Assembly (NCBI GenBank): GCA_047601445.1
Contig: JASGJH010000001.1
Location: 5,280,001 to 5,344,000 of the forward strand
DNA from: Myxococcales bacterium
GTDB lineage: Bacteria > Myxococcota_A > Polyangia > Polyangiales > DASUME01
DNA: 64,000 nt
Reading direction: 5' to 3'
Part shown: positions 38,371-47,469 of the stretch, in pieces
Numbering within the stretch: position 1 is the first letter of the stretch
Layout: each line of letters starts with the position of its first letter
The notes under the pieces: model-generated
Databases searched by the model: none
Told to the model about the DNA's origin: nothing
The model's input: only the letters and a program-made list of their open reading frames with translations
Program-made: the position numbers and the translations under genes

Positions 38371-39903
38371 GTGACGCGGGTCATCCTCGCAATGCTGGTA
38401 GCGTGTGCCGTGTGGGCCGCGATGCCGGCGGTGCTGCGCGCGCAAAGCGTCGCCATGGTGCCGTGCAGCTCGGAGGGTGTGGAACGTCAGCATTGCCCGG
38501 CGGACACAGCGGCCGGAGTCACGCTGTCACGGGTGACGGGTGACGCCGCCTGTCTGCTCGGGAAAACGTGGGGCTACGACGACCAGGGCATCTGGGTGCT
38601 CGGAGGCTGCTCTGCAGAGTTCGTGGTGGCGGACAAGAGCGGCGGGAACGCCGGCGAAACGCAATCTTCGACGCTTGTCGTGCCTCCCGAAGACAAGTAC
38701 CAACCGGTGCAAACCTGGAGCCAGTTCGAACCTGGCAAGGGCTTTCTGATCGGGCGCACCAAGATCGGCGAAGTCTCGATCAGTGCCTACCTGCTGATCC
38801 GCTACATCAACCAACTGCCTCCAGATGAATCCTTTCGAGATCACCTGGGACGCACGCACGAAATCGACGCGCGCCACGACATCTACTCACACCGCGTGAT
38901 GGTGTTCCTCAAGGGCTGGCTAGGCATTCCCAAGTTCCGTTACCAAATCATTCTCTGGACCGTGAATACCACCGACCAGAAGGCGCTGTTCGGCAACCTC
39001 GGCTACCAGTTTCATCGAGCGTTCAGCTTGTACGCGGGCATGAATGCGCTGCCAGGGACCCGCTCGCTGCAAGGCTCGCATCCTTACTGGCTCGCTCCCG
39101 ACCGTGTGATGGCCGACGAGTACTTCCGCCCCTTCTTCACCAACGGCATCTGGGCCACCGGCGAGGTCATCGACGGACTCTGGTACAACGCCATGGTCGG
39201 CAACAACCTCAGCGCACTCGGGATCACGGCAAACCAGCTGACCCGTGATTTTGCGTACGCGGGTTCCATCTGGTGGATGCCCACAACCCACGAATTCGGT
39301 CCCCAGGGAGCGTACGGTGACTGGGAGCAGCACACCGCGGTGGCGACCCGCTTCGGCGTCTCTGGCACGCACAGTCGCGAGGACCGTTTCAGCGACCTCG
39401 CCACGGGCAATCCCGACAACACCACCGTGCGACTGGCGGATAGCTTGCTGCTGTTCGATCTCGGCGCATTGGCGCCCGACGTCACCGTGCAGCGAGCCAA
39501 TGTTTCTCTGCTCGCCGCGGACGCTGGCATGAAGTATCGCGGGTTGTTCCTGCAAGCGGAGTATTACAACCGCTGGCTGAACAAGTTCCAGGCGGATGGT
39601 GCTCTGCCAGTGAAGCTGATCCATGACACGGGGTTCTACGTTCAGGCGGCCTTCTATCCATGGGCCAAACGGATCGAGCTGTACACGGCCACGTCGCAGA
39701 TCTTCGGCGACAAGCAGGCCGGCTACGGTCATAGCGAAGAGTACCTGGGTGGCCTCAACTTGTACTTCGGAAACACCCGCAATCTGCGCCTCAATCTGCA
39801 AGGAATCTACGTGAACCGCTCGCCCGTCAGCAGCACCTTCGGCTACTACGTCGGCGGTCTCGACGGCGCGGTGCTCTCGGCCGCCGTCTCTGCATTTTTC
39901 TGA
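38371..39903 (+). CDS. DUF3011-domain outer-membrane beta-barrel (porin-like) protein
   Basis: Signal peptide; CSS...RQHCPADT..GV.L...CLLGKTWGYDDQGIWVLGGCSAEF (DUF3011-like); amphipathic beta strands; terminal Phe. Confidence 0.75.
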   Translation: MTRVILAMLVACAVWAAMPAVLRAQSVAMVPCSSEGVERQHCPADTAAGVTLSRVTGDAACLLGKTWGYDDQGIWVLGGCSAEFVVADKSGGNAGETQSSTLVVPPEDKYQPVQTWSQFEPGKGFLIGRTKIGEVSISAYLLIRYINQLPPDESFRDHLGRTHEIDARHDIYSHRVMVFLKGWLGIPKFRYQIILWTVNTTDQKALFGNLGYQFHRAFSLYAGMNALPGTRSLQGSHPYWLAPDRVMADEYFRPFFTNGIWATGEVIDGLWYNAMVGNNLSALGITANQLTRDFAYAGSIWWMPTTHEFGPQGAYGDWEQHTAVATRFGVSGTHSREDRFSDLATGNPDNTTVRLADSLLLFDLGALAPDVTVQRANVSLLAADAGMKYRGLFLQAEYYNRWLNKFQADGALPVKLIHDTGFYVQAAFYPWAKRIELYTATSQIFGDKQAGYGHSEEYLGGLNLYFGNTRNLRLNLQGIYVNRSPVSSTFGYYVGGLDGAVLSAAVSAFF

Positions 39904-39918
39904 GCGTGACGAGCGCGC

Positions 39919-41613
39919 CTAGGCGAGCCACGCAACGATCACGGTGCCCCAAAGTGCCAGCAGCACGTTCCCGACTGCGTAGGCAACGCCGTATCCGAGC
40001 GATGGTACTGGACTCTTCGCGACCTGAAGTACGTCGGCCAGTGCCGAAGTCGCCGTGGCTCCGCCGGCGCAGACGCCCAACACCAGACCGGGATGCAGCT
40101 TGAAGAGCCAACGACCGGCCAGCACGCCCACGACGAGGCTGATCGTGATGGTGAGGACGCCTGCGCCGACCAAACTCAAGCCGTTCGTCTGTAGGCCGCG
40201 GATGAAGTCAGGACCGGCATTCAATCCGACCACCGCCACGAAGCCGGTCAAGCCGATCGACTCGAACACGGACAGCGTCGGTGCTGGAATGCGCCCGAAC
40301 CAGGCGGGCCGCACCGAGCGAAGCCAACCGCACACCAATCCGCCCAGCAGCACGCCAACGGGCAGGCTCAAGCCGACCGATAGGCTGCCGAGGTTCACTG
40401 TGGGAAGGCCAACCAGAGCGCCCGCGACGATGGCCGTGGCGACCACCAGCATATCGGTGGAGTCCGTGGGCCGATCGGTGACCCCGATGATCGCGGCGGC
40501 GCGCGCCACGTCGGGCGCAGAGCCGACGAGCGTGAGCGAATCACCGCGCTCGATCTGGGTCTCGGGGAGCATGCCGAGCTGCTGACCGCCTCGCACGAGC
40601 CTGCGCAGATAGACGCCTCGCAGGGACTCCTCGCGACCGAGCTCAGCCAGCGTGCGCCCCTGCACATCAGGTTGAGTGACGATGACGTCGACGAGGTCAG
40701 CCGACAGACTCAAGAGTTCACGATCGTCTACCTCGCGCAGGCCCCGATATTTTTGCTCCAGCACCTCGACCATGGCGGAGCGTCGTCCGCTCACTGCCAC
40801 CACATCACCGGTGCGCAAGATGAGGCTCGGGTCGTAGGCAAGGATCAGCCCCTTGGCCCGAACGCTCTCGACAAAGATTCGGTCCTCTCCCGCGAACAAG
40901 TCGAGCGCACCGAGACGTTGGTCCACCCAGCTGGCCTCGGGATCCAGTGCATAGGCGCGCATCTCGAACTCGCGCCGAGCGTGCATCTTCGGCGTGCTCG
41001 ACCCCTGCATCTGCTCGTCGAGCTTGCGACACTCCTCGGCCAGGTCGATGCGCATCAGGACGGGTCCTACGCGCGCCAGGAGCCAGCCTGCGGACGTGAG
41101 GCCGATCAGATACGTGACCGCAAATGCCACGGGTACGCTGTTGGCCATGGCCGTGCGGTCCGCCGCGCCCACCGGAAGCTTGTTGATGGCGTCCATGGCC
41201 GTTCCGAGGGCCGCGGACTCGGTGAGCGCTCCAGCGAGCAGCCCCGCTCCGGTCCCGGAGTCGAAGCCAAACAGACGCGATAGGGCGAACGCGCTCAGCA
41301 AACCCATCACGGCGACCACCGCGGCGAGTCCCGCGTACGCCAAGCCATCGCGGCGCAGGCCGTGGAAGAACTGAGGGCCGGTGCGGAAGCCGATCGAGAA
41401 CAAAAAGAGCACGAAGAAGCACTCTTTGATCTCGGTGGGCAGCGCGATGCCCGTGAAATGCCCGACGCCCACGCCGGCGAGCAGCGTGCCCGTGACCGGA
41501 CCGAGCTTGAAGGAGCCCAGCGACAGTCTGCCGAGAAGATGACCGAGGCCCAGCACCAGGAAGAAGACGACCTCGAGGTGGGTGCGCAAGCCCTGCTCCA
41601 ACCAAGCAAGCAT
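39919..41613 (-). CDS. aspT: Aspartate:alanine exchanger (AspT/YidE/YbjL family)
   Basis: FLFSIGFRTGPQFF, AGLLAGALTESAALG, two TrkA-C-like central domains, GYGVAYAVGNVLL; GGAGG RBS before MLAWLE. Confidence 0.85.
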   Translation of the reverse strand: MLAWLEQGLRTHLEVVFFLVLGLGHLLGRLSLGSFKLGPVTGTLLAGVGVGHFTGIALPTEIKECFFVLFLFSIGFRTGPQFFHGLRRDGLAYAGLAAVVAVMGLLSAFALSRLFGFDSGTGAGLLAGALTESAALGTAMDAINKLPVGAADRTAMANSVPVAFAVTYLIGLTSAGWLLARVGPVLMRIDLAEECRKLDEQMQGSSTPKMHARREFEMRAYALDPEASWVDQRLGALDLFAGEDRIFVESVRAKGLILAYDPSLILRTGDVVAVSGRRSAMVEVLEQKYRGLREVDDRELLSLSADLVDVIVTQPDVQGRTLAELGREESLRGVYLRRLVRGGQQLGMLPETQIERGDSLTLVGSAPDVARAAAIIGVTDRPTDSTDMLVVATAIVAGALVGLPTVNLGSLSVGLSLPVGVLLGGLVCGWLRSVRPAWFGRIPAPTLSVFESIGLTGFVAVVGLNAGPDFIRGLQTNGLSLVGAGVLTITISLVVGVLAGRWLFKLHPGLVLGVCAGGATATSALADVLQVAKSPVPSLGYGVAYAVGNVLLALWGTVIVAWLA

Positions 41614-41748
41614 GATCCCTCCTCGGCACGCCTTCATGTCATGATGGAAGCTCATCGATTTCGAGCAAGTCGGTTCGCGCGCAAGCAACGACCTACATGC
41701 GATCCCCCACAGCCGCACGTCATCGCACCACCCGCAGCGCGAATCCCC

Positions 41749-42201
41749 ATGCCAAAGCAATCGATCATCGGCTTCCATCAGGACGAAGAGGGCGTGTGGG
41801 TGGCGGATCTCGCCTGCGGTCATGGCCAGCACGTGCGGCACGCGCCGCCCTTCCAAAACCGGCCCTGGGTGAACGATGAGGGCGAGCGCGCGCAGAAGCT
41901 CGGCACCGAGCTGGAGTGCCAACTCTGCAACATGGCCACGCTGCCCCCGGGACTCTCGGTCTACAAGCGAACCGACACCTTCACGGAACTCACGGTTCCA
42001 GAGGGCCTCTTGCGCGATCATCGTACCAAGCCCGAGGTCTGGGCTGAGATCGTGGTGGAAGAAGGGCGCCTCGAGTACACGTGCGCGCAAGGCATTTTTG
42101 TACTGCGCCCGGGAGTCGTCGGGATCGTCGAGCCAGCCCAGCCCCACCACGTGCGCCCGCTCGGCCAGGTTCGCTTTCACGTGCGGTTCTTGCGAGCTTG
42201 A
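41749..42201 (+). CDS. DUF3565 + DUF1971 (YeaR/TehB N-terminal cupin-like) fusion
   Basis: IIGFHQDEEGVWVADLACGHGQHVRHAPP...LECQLC, then YKRTDTFTELTVPEGLLRDHRTKPEVW...PAQPHHV. Confidence 0.8.
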   Translation: MPKQSIIGFHQDEEGVWVADLACGHGQHVRHAPPFQNRPWVNDEGERAQKLGTELECQLCNMATLPPGLSVYKRTDTFTELTVPEGLLRDHRTKPEVWAEIVVEEGRLEYTCAQGIFVLRPGVVGIVEPAQPHHVRPLGQVRFHVRFLRA

Positions 42202-42429
42202 TGGATGTCATCGCAAGACAAGGGACGAGGGCCAGAGGCACGGCCCCTGCGATGACCACGACGCCGAGTACGACGAGACTGCGCCCACAACCCCCTCTTG
42301 GCATGCCGTAGCCGTCGACTGGCAGCCTAGGCTAGTTGCGGGCGCTCGTCGGATGCACGACAAGTGGGGAAGACGGTGCTCGATGGGCCGCCCAGGCGTG
42401 TGTTCGTCTCGAAAGGGCGACGGCAGTAA

Positions 42430-43911
42430 ATGCATCAGGTGCTGATCATCGGAAGTGGCTTTGGCGGGTTGTGTGCTGCCATCGGCCTCGAGCGGCTCGG
42501 TATCACCGACTTTCGGATCCTCGAACGGCGCAGCTTCATGGGCGGAACCTGGGCTCAGAACCACTATCCCGGCGCCGCGGTGGACGTGCAATCCCCGCTC
42601 TACTCGCTGTCCTTCGAGCCGCACGCGTGGACGCAGATGTTCGCCGCACAAGAGGAGCTCCAGAGCTACACGGAGCACGTGATCGCGAAGTACGGTCTGC
42701 GTCAGAAGACCGAGTTGGGTGCCGAGGTGCGGCGGATCGAGTGGGACGAAGTGCGCTCGTCGTGGCGCGTGGTCACGCGCGATCGGGGAGCCTTCGAGGC
42801 CCGCTTCGTGATCAATGCATCGGGTCCGTTGAGCACGCCCGTGATTCCGCGCTTTCCCGGGCGTGACACCTTCGAGGGGCCCTCGTTTCATACCGGTGAC
42901 TGGCGCCACGACATCGCGCTGAAGGGCAAGCGCGTGGCCATCATCGGAAGTGGTGCCAGCGCCGCCCAGGTGATCCCTGCCATCGCCTCCGAGGTCGGGC
43001 ACCTGCATGTGTTTCAGCGCACGCCGCACTGGGTGTTGCCGCGCCCGGACCATGTGTTCACTCCCCTCGAGCGCCGGCTGCTGGCCAATCGCACGGCCCA
43101 TCGCTTGCTGCGGACGGCCATTTACTGCCAGCTCGAGACCCGGGTTCTGGGATTCAAGTACTCGAAGACCCTGCTCAACCAGTTCGCCCGGAAGAAGGCC
43201 CTGGCGCACTTGCGCGCTCGTGTACCGGACCCCGAACTGCGTCGCAAGCTCACACCCGATTTCACCATCGGCTGCAAGCGCATCATCCTGTCGAACACCC
43301 TGTATCCTGCGCTCTGTCGTCCGAATGTGAGCGTGCACGACCGTACCCAGGGCATTGCAGAGATCACGCAGCGTGGTGTTCGCACGGCGTCGGGAGTGGA
43401 ACTCGAGCTCGACGCCATCATCTACGCGACCGGCTACGACGCGACCGATGGCGTGATCTCCTACCCGGTGATTGGACGTGGCGGGCAAAGCATCGCCGAC
43501 TTCTGGCGCGAGTTCCCGCGAGCCTATCTGGGCACCACGCTTCCTGGGTTTCCGAACTTGTTCATCGTCACGGGCCCCAATACGGGTATCGGGCACGCCT
43601 CGGCTCTGTTCATCATCGAGTCGCAGATGAACTACATCATGCAGAGCATCCGGAGTGCCCGCGAGCAAGGGGCTCTCTCCGTGGAAGTCTTGCCTGCGGC
43701 CGAGGCCGTTTACACCACGATGGTGCATCGAGAGATGCAGCGCACCGTGTGGCAATCCGGCGGCTGCCAGAGCTGGTACAAGAGCAAGAGCGGGCATGTG
43801 GTGGCCATGTTTCCTGGCTTCAGCTTCACCTACCGCCGGCTCAGCCAGCGCTTCAAGCGGGAGGACCATCGCTTTCTCATGAGGGCAGCGGGCGCTACCG
43901 ACGCGGCATGA
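42430..43911 (+). CDS. Baeyer-Villiger/flavin-containing monooxygenase
   Basis: IIGSGFGG, GGTWAQNHYPG, FEGPSFHTGDW (FxGxxxHxxxW), IGSGASA, ATGY. Confidence 0.93.
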   Translation: MHQVLIIGSGFGGLCAAIGLERLGITDFRILERRSFMGGTWAQNHYPGAAVDVQSPLYSLSFEPHAWTQMFAAQEELQSYTEHVIAKYGLRQKTELGAEVRRIEWDEVRSSWRVVTRDRGAFEARFVINASGPLSTPVIPRFPGRDTFEGPSFHTGDWRHDIALKGKRVAIIGSGASAAQVIPAIASEVGHLHVFQRTPHWVLPRPDHVFTPLERRLLANRTAHRLLRTAIYCQLETRVLGFKYSKTLLNQFARKKALAHLRARVPDPELRRKLTPDFTIGCKRIILSNTLYPALCRPNVSVHDRTQGIAEITQRGVRTASGVELELDAIIYATGYDATDGVISYPVIGRGGQSIADFWREFPRAYLGTTLPGFPNLFIVTGPNTGIGHASALFIIESQMNYIMQSIRSAREQGALSVEVLPAAEAVYTTMVHREMQRTVWQSGGCQSWYKSKSGHVVAMFPGFSFTYRRLSQRFKREDHRFLMRAAGATDAA

Positions 43912-43954
43912 ATGGACACTGCCAGGCCGCTCGGACATCGTGTCATCGTGGCAC

Positions 43955-45211
43955 ATGTCGAAGGTGTTCCCTCGCTTGGTGTGGGTGCTTGCATCTTTCA
44001 TGGCAACGAGCTGTGTCGTCGCCGGCACGTCGGACAAGAGCTTCTACTCCGAACCGCCCAAAGGTCCTCCAGGCGACGACGATGCTGGAGACCACGAGGC
44101 CGGCGCTGAACCGACGGACGACGATGCCGGCAAGGACGAAGAGGACGCGAGCGGCAGCGATGGCACCGACCCCTCGGATCTGTGCCCACAGGATGTGAGC
44201 AAGACGGATCCTGGGCTCTGCGGCTGTGGGGTGCCCGACAAGGACGGGGACCAGGACGGCGTGATTGACTGTCAGGACGATTGCCCTCAAGCCGCCACGG
44301 TACCAGGCGCGCCCTGCGGCGCAGTACAGCCAGACAAAGATTGCGAGTATGCCAAGTACGGCGGTCACGCCTACTGGTTCTGCTCGAGCCAAGCCCGCAC
44401 GTTCGCCGAGGCGCGCAGCAACTGCCAGAAGGACGGCATGGACCTGGTGATCGTCGACGACGCGGCCGAGAACAACTTTCTCAAGCTGACTCTCAAGAGT
44501 GGGGATCACTGGATCGGACTCAACGACCAGGCCGTGGAGACACAGTTCCGCTGGTTCAACGGCGGACAACCTGGCTTCCGAGGGTTCGCCAGCGGGGAGG
44601 CGTCTGCGAACCGGGGCGAGAACTGTGCCGCCATGCGCGCGAACGGCGAGTGGTTCGATGTCGGCTGCGGAAGCAGCTATCGCTATGTTTGCGAGGCGCC
44701 GCCTGCCTGCGTCGTGAGCGGGGGCAGCGAAATCTGTGATGGGCTCGACAACGATTGCGACGGCACGCTCGATGAAGACGCAACGTGTGCGGTGGGCTGC
44801 GGTGGAACCGTGGTGGGCTCTCGCGTGTACCAGGTCTGCGGTGTGACTGATACCAGCAAGAAGAAAAACTTCGCCGATGCGCGCGCGGTGTGCGCCGGAA
44901 TGGGAGCCACGCTCGTGCGGGTGGACGACGCGGACGAGAACCTGCTGGTCAACGCGCTCCGGGCGGGCGAGGGCGAGATCTACCTGGGTGCATCGGACTT
45001 GCTGAGCGAGGGGAGCTGGCTCTGGGAAGACGGAACGCAGTTCTGGACCGGGACAGCCTCGGGCTCGGCGCAAGCTGGGCTCTACAACAACTGGTCCGCG
45101 GGCGGAGAACCCAACGGTGGCACGGGCGAGAACTGCGCCGAGCTGCGCGGAGACGCCAAGTGGCAAGACAACAATTGCGCGAACACAAGGGCGTTCGCCT
45201 GCGAGCGTTGA
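43955..45211 (+). CDS. Exported protein with two C-type lectin domains and Cys/Asp-rich motifs
   Basis: Signal/lipobox ATSC; DGDQDGVIDCQDDCP; WIGLND...ENC...WFDVGC; EICDGLDNDCDG; YLGASD...EPN...ENC...WQDNNC. Confidence 0.85.
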   Translation: MSKVFPRLVWVLASFMATSCVVAGTSDKSFYSEPPKGPPGDDDAGDHEAGAEPTDDDAGKDEEDASGSDGTDPSDLCPQDVSKTDPGLCGCGVPDKDGDQDGVIDCQDDCPQAATVPGAPCGAVQPDKDCEYAKYGGHAYWFCSSQARTFAEARSNCQKDGMDLVIVDDAAENNFLKLTLKSGDHWIGLNDQAVETQFRWFNGGQPGFRGFASGEASANRGENCAAMRANGEWFDVGCGSSYRYVCEAPPACVVSGGSEICDGLDNDCDGTLDEDATCAVGCGGTVVGSRVYQVCGVTDTSKKKNFADARAVCAGMGATLVRVDDADENLLVNALRAGEGEIYLGASDLLSEGSWLWEDGTQFWTGTASGSAQAGLYNNWSAGGEPNGGTGENCAELRGDAKWQDNNCANTRAFACER

Positions 45212-45225
45212 GAGAGGATGCCGAC

Positions 45226-46014
45226 ATGAGGACGGTCATGCGTGACCCCGGGCTAGGCGTGCGAATGCTTCGGCGACAGCTGCACGCCTGGCACGCGCGA
45301 CTGGGATCCAACGTAAAATTTCCGCTTCCGCTCACGCCGCTGCGCATGATCAAAGCGACCTTCGTGCCGCACGACTTGCACGCCTATCAGCTGCTTCTCC
45401 CGCTACGCCTGCAGATGCCAGACGAACCACGCGTGCAGCTGGAGTTTTTGGAGTCCAGCCCGGGCTGGTGCGAGGCGTCCGTCAGCCTCGCCTGCAAGCA
45501 CGGCGATAGCGAGGGTTGGTACGGACTGTACTGGCCGATCGACTCCTACGTGGGCTACAAGCTCGGACGCCTGGTAGGGTACCCCAAGCACCTGGTCCGC
45601 CGAATGCCCATGTGGGACGACGGACATGCGGTGCGAGCCCAGGTGGTTCGTGGGGGCCGCTCCGAGTTCTCGCTCGCGCTGTGCCTGAGCTCGCGAGGGG
45701 CGCCCGTATCCAGGCTCGCGCGCGGTCTGGTGGGCCCCGAACGAGAGCGCCCCTGGTATCTCCAGGTTCCTCCAGAGCAAGGGCCGAGCCTGAACCGACT
45801 CACGTACAGCGAAGTCGAGCCGCTGCAGACCCGCATCAGCTACGGCGAGCTCCAGCTGTCCGACTGCGAGCATCATCGATGGTCGAGCCTGCTGCCACGG
45901 GACGGCCGCGTGCCGGATGCGGCACTCATCGAGCGCAGCGGGCTTGGCTTTGGCTGGTTGGTGGCCAAGCAGGTCGCAGGACAACGCACTGGCTACCTGG
46001 CGATTCAGCCCTGA
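45226..46014 (+). CDS. Acetoacetate decarboxylase-like family protein
   Basis: WCEASVSLAC...YWPIDS...LGRLVGYPK resembles the ADC GRExxGxPK Schiff-base Lys motif; GAGAGG RBS. Confidence 0.55.
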   Translation: MRTVMRDPGLGVRMLRRQLHAWHARLGSNVKFPLPLTPLRMIKATFVPHDLHAYQLLLPLRLQMPDEPRVQLEFLESSPGWCEASVSLACKHGDSEGWYGLYWPIDSYVGYKLGRLVGYPKHLVRRMPMWDDGHAVRAQVVRGGRSEFSLALCLSSRGAPVSRLARGLVGPERERPWYLQVPPEQGPSLNRLTYSEVEPLQTRISYGELQLSDCEHHRWSSLLPRDGRVPDAALIERSGLGFGWLVAKQVAGQRTGYLAIQP

Positions 46015-46022
46015 GGTACGAC

Positions 46023-47459
46023 ATGCACGAGCAGCGATTGGCGCGTGAACAGCAGTGGATCGGTCGAACTGTGCGCGGGAGCGAGGGCAATCCGATTGCG
46101 GACGCCGTGCAGGGCTTGCGCGCCACCTTCGAACGCGAGCGAACACGACCGTACGCGTGGCGGCGCCGGCAGCTGCAGCAACTCCTGGAGCTGCTGCGAC
46201 GCGAGGAGGCACAGATCCTCGAGGCCTTGGCGCTCGACCTAGGCAAACCCCGACTCGAAGCCTACACGGCCGAGATCGGCGATACAGCGGCCGGCATCCG
46301 CTATCTGCTCAAGCACTTGAAGTCGTGGCTGAAGCCGGTCCGAACGAGCAGCGGTCTCGCGGGCTTTCCCGGCAAGAGCTTCGTGCAGGCGGAGCCGCTG
46401 GGCGTGGTGCTGGTGATCGCGCCTTGGAATTACCCGTTCTCGTCGGTCGTGGCGCCCCTCGCGGGCGCCCTGGCCGCCGGCAACTGCGTGTTGGCGAAGC
46501 CCTCCGAGGTCGCTGCAGCCACCAGTCAGCTGCTCGCACGTCTGTTGCCCAAGTATCTCGATCCGGAGGCCGTCAAGGTCATCGAGGGCGGCGTGCCGGA
46601 GACCACGCAGCTACTCGCGCTACGATTCGATCATATCTTCTACACCGGGAATGGACAGGTGGGGCGCGTCGTGATGGCCGCGGCCGCCAAGCACCTGACG
46701 CCGGTGACGCTTGAGCTCGGCGGCAAGAGTCCGTGCATCGTCGACGCTGAAGCCAACCTCGAAATAGCGGCCAAGCGCGTCGTGTGGGCCAAATTCTACA
46801 ACTGCGGCCAGACCTGTGTGGCCCCCGACTATCTGCTGGCGCACCAAGACGTATACGAGCGACTCCTGCCGCTCCTCGCGCGCACGATCCGTGAGTTCTG
46901 GGGAGCCAATCCCCAGCTCAGCGACGACTTCGGACGCATCGTCAACGCGCGCCATCACCAACGCTTGATGACGTTGATGCGGGGCGCCGGGCGCATCCTG
47001 GTGGGCGGCCAAGCCAGCGAACAGGAGCGCTACATCGCGCCCACTCTCTTGGTGGACGTGCCGGAGCACGCGCCGCTGATGCAGGAAGAGATCTTCGGGC
47101 CGCTGTTGCCAATTCTGCCCGTGGCCAGCCTCGAGCACGCGATCTCGTTCGTCAATCAGCGTCCCAAGCCGCTCGCGCTCTACCTGTTCTCCTCGGACCG
47201 GCGGGCGGCAGAACACGTGCGAGCGCGCACCTGCTCCGGCGGTCTGGTGATCAATCACGCCCTGGTCCACCTCTCGGTTCACTCGTTGCCCTTTGGCGGC
47301 GTTGGCGAGAGCGGCATGGGCGCCTTTCATGGCAAGTACTCGTTCGACACCTTCAGTCACCAGCGCGCGGTGCTGCAAAAGCCCACATTTTTGGAGACGG
47401 ATTTGCTGTATCCGCCCTACACGGCCCAGAAGGAGAGCTGGATCCGTCGCTTTCTCTGA
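46023..47459 (+). CDS. Aldehyde dehydrogenase, ALDH3/fatty-aldehyde type
   Basis: EPLGVVLVIAPWNYP, KPSE, TLELGGKSP, GQTCVAPDY, EEIFGP, PFGGVGESGMG, YPPY. Confidence 0.93.
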   Translation: MHEQRLAREQQWIGRTVRGSEGNPIADAVQGLRATFERERTRPYAWRRRQLQQLLELLRREEAQILEALALDLGKPRLEAYTAEIGDTAAGIRYLLKHLKSWLKPVRTSSGLAGFPGKSFVQAEPLGVVLVIAPWNYPFSSVVAPLAGALAAGNCVLAKPSEVAAATSQLLARLLPKYLDPEAVKVIEGGVPETTQLLALRFDHIFYTGNGQVGRVVMAAAAKHLTPVTLELGGKSPCIVDAEANLEIAAKRVVWAKFYNCGQTCVAPDYLLAHQDVYERLLPLLARTIREFWGANPQLSDDFGRIVNARHHQRLMTLMRGAGRILVGGQASEQERYIAPTLLVDVPEHAPLMQEEIFGPLLPILPVASLEHAISFVNQRPKPLALYLFSSDRRAAEHVRARTCSGGLVINHALVHLSVHSLPFGGVGESGMGAFHGKYSFDTFSHQRAVLQKPTFLETDLLYPPYTAQKESWIRRFL

Positions 47460-47469
47460 GCGGGTCCGC

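Noticed and set aside
39919..42180. 753-aa AspT with a long N-terminal extension
   Set aside because: The extension is the antisense of the DUF3565/DUF1971 gene; a GGAGG RBS supports the start at 41613.
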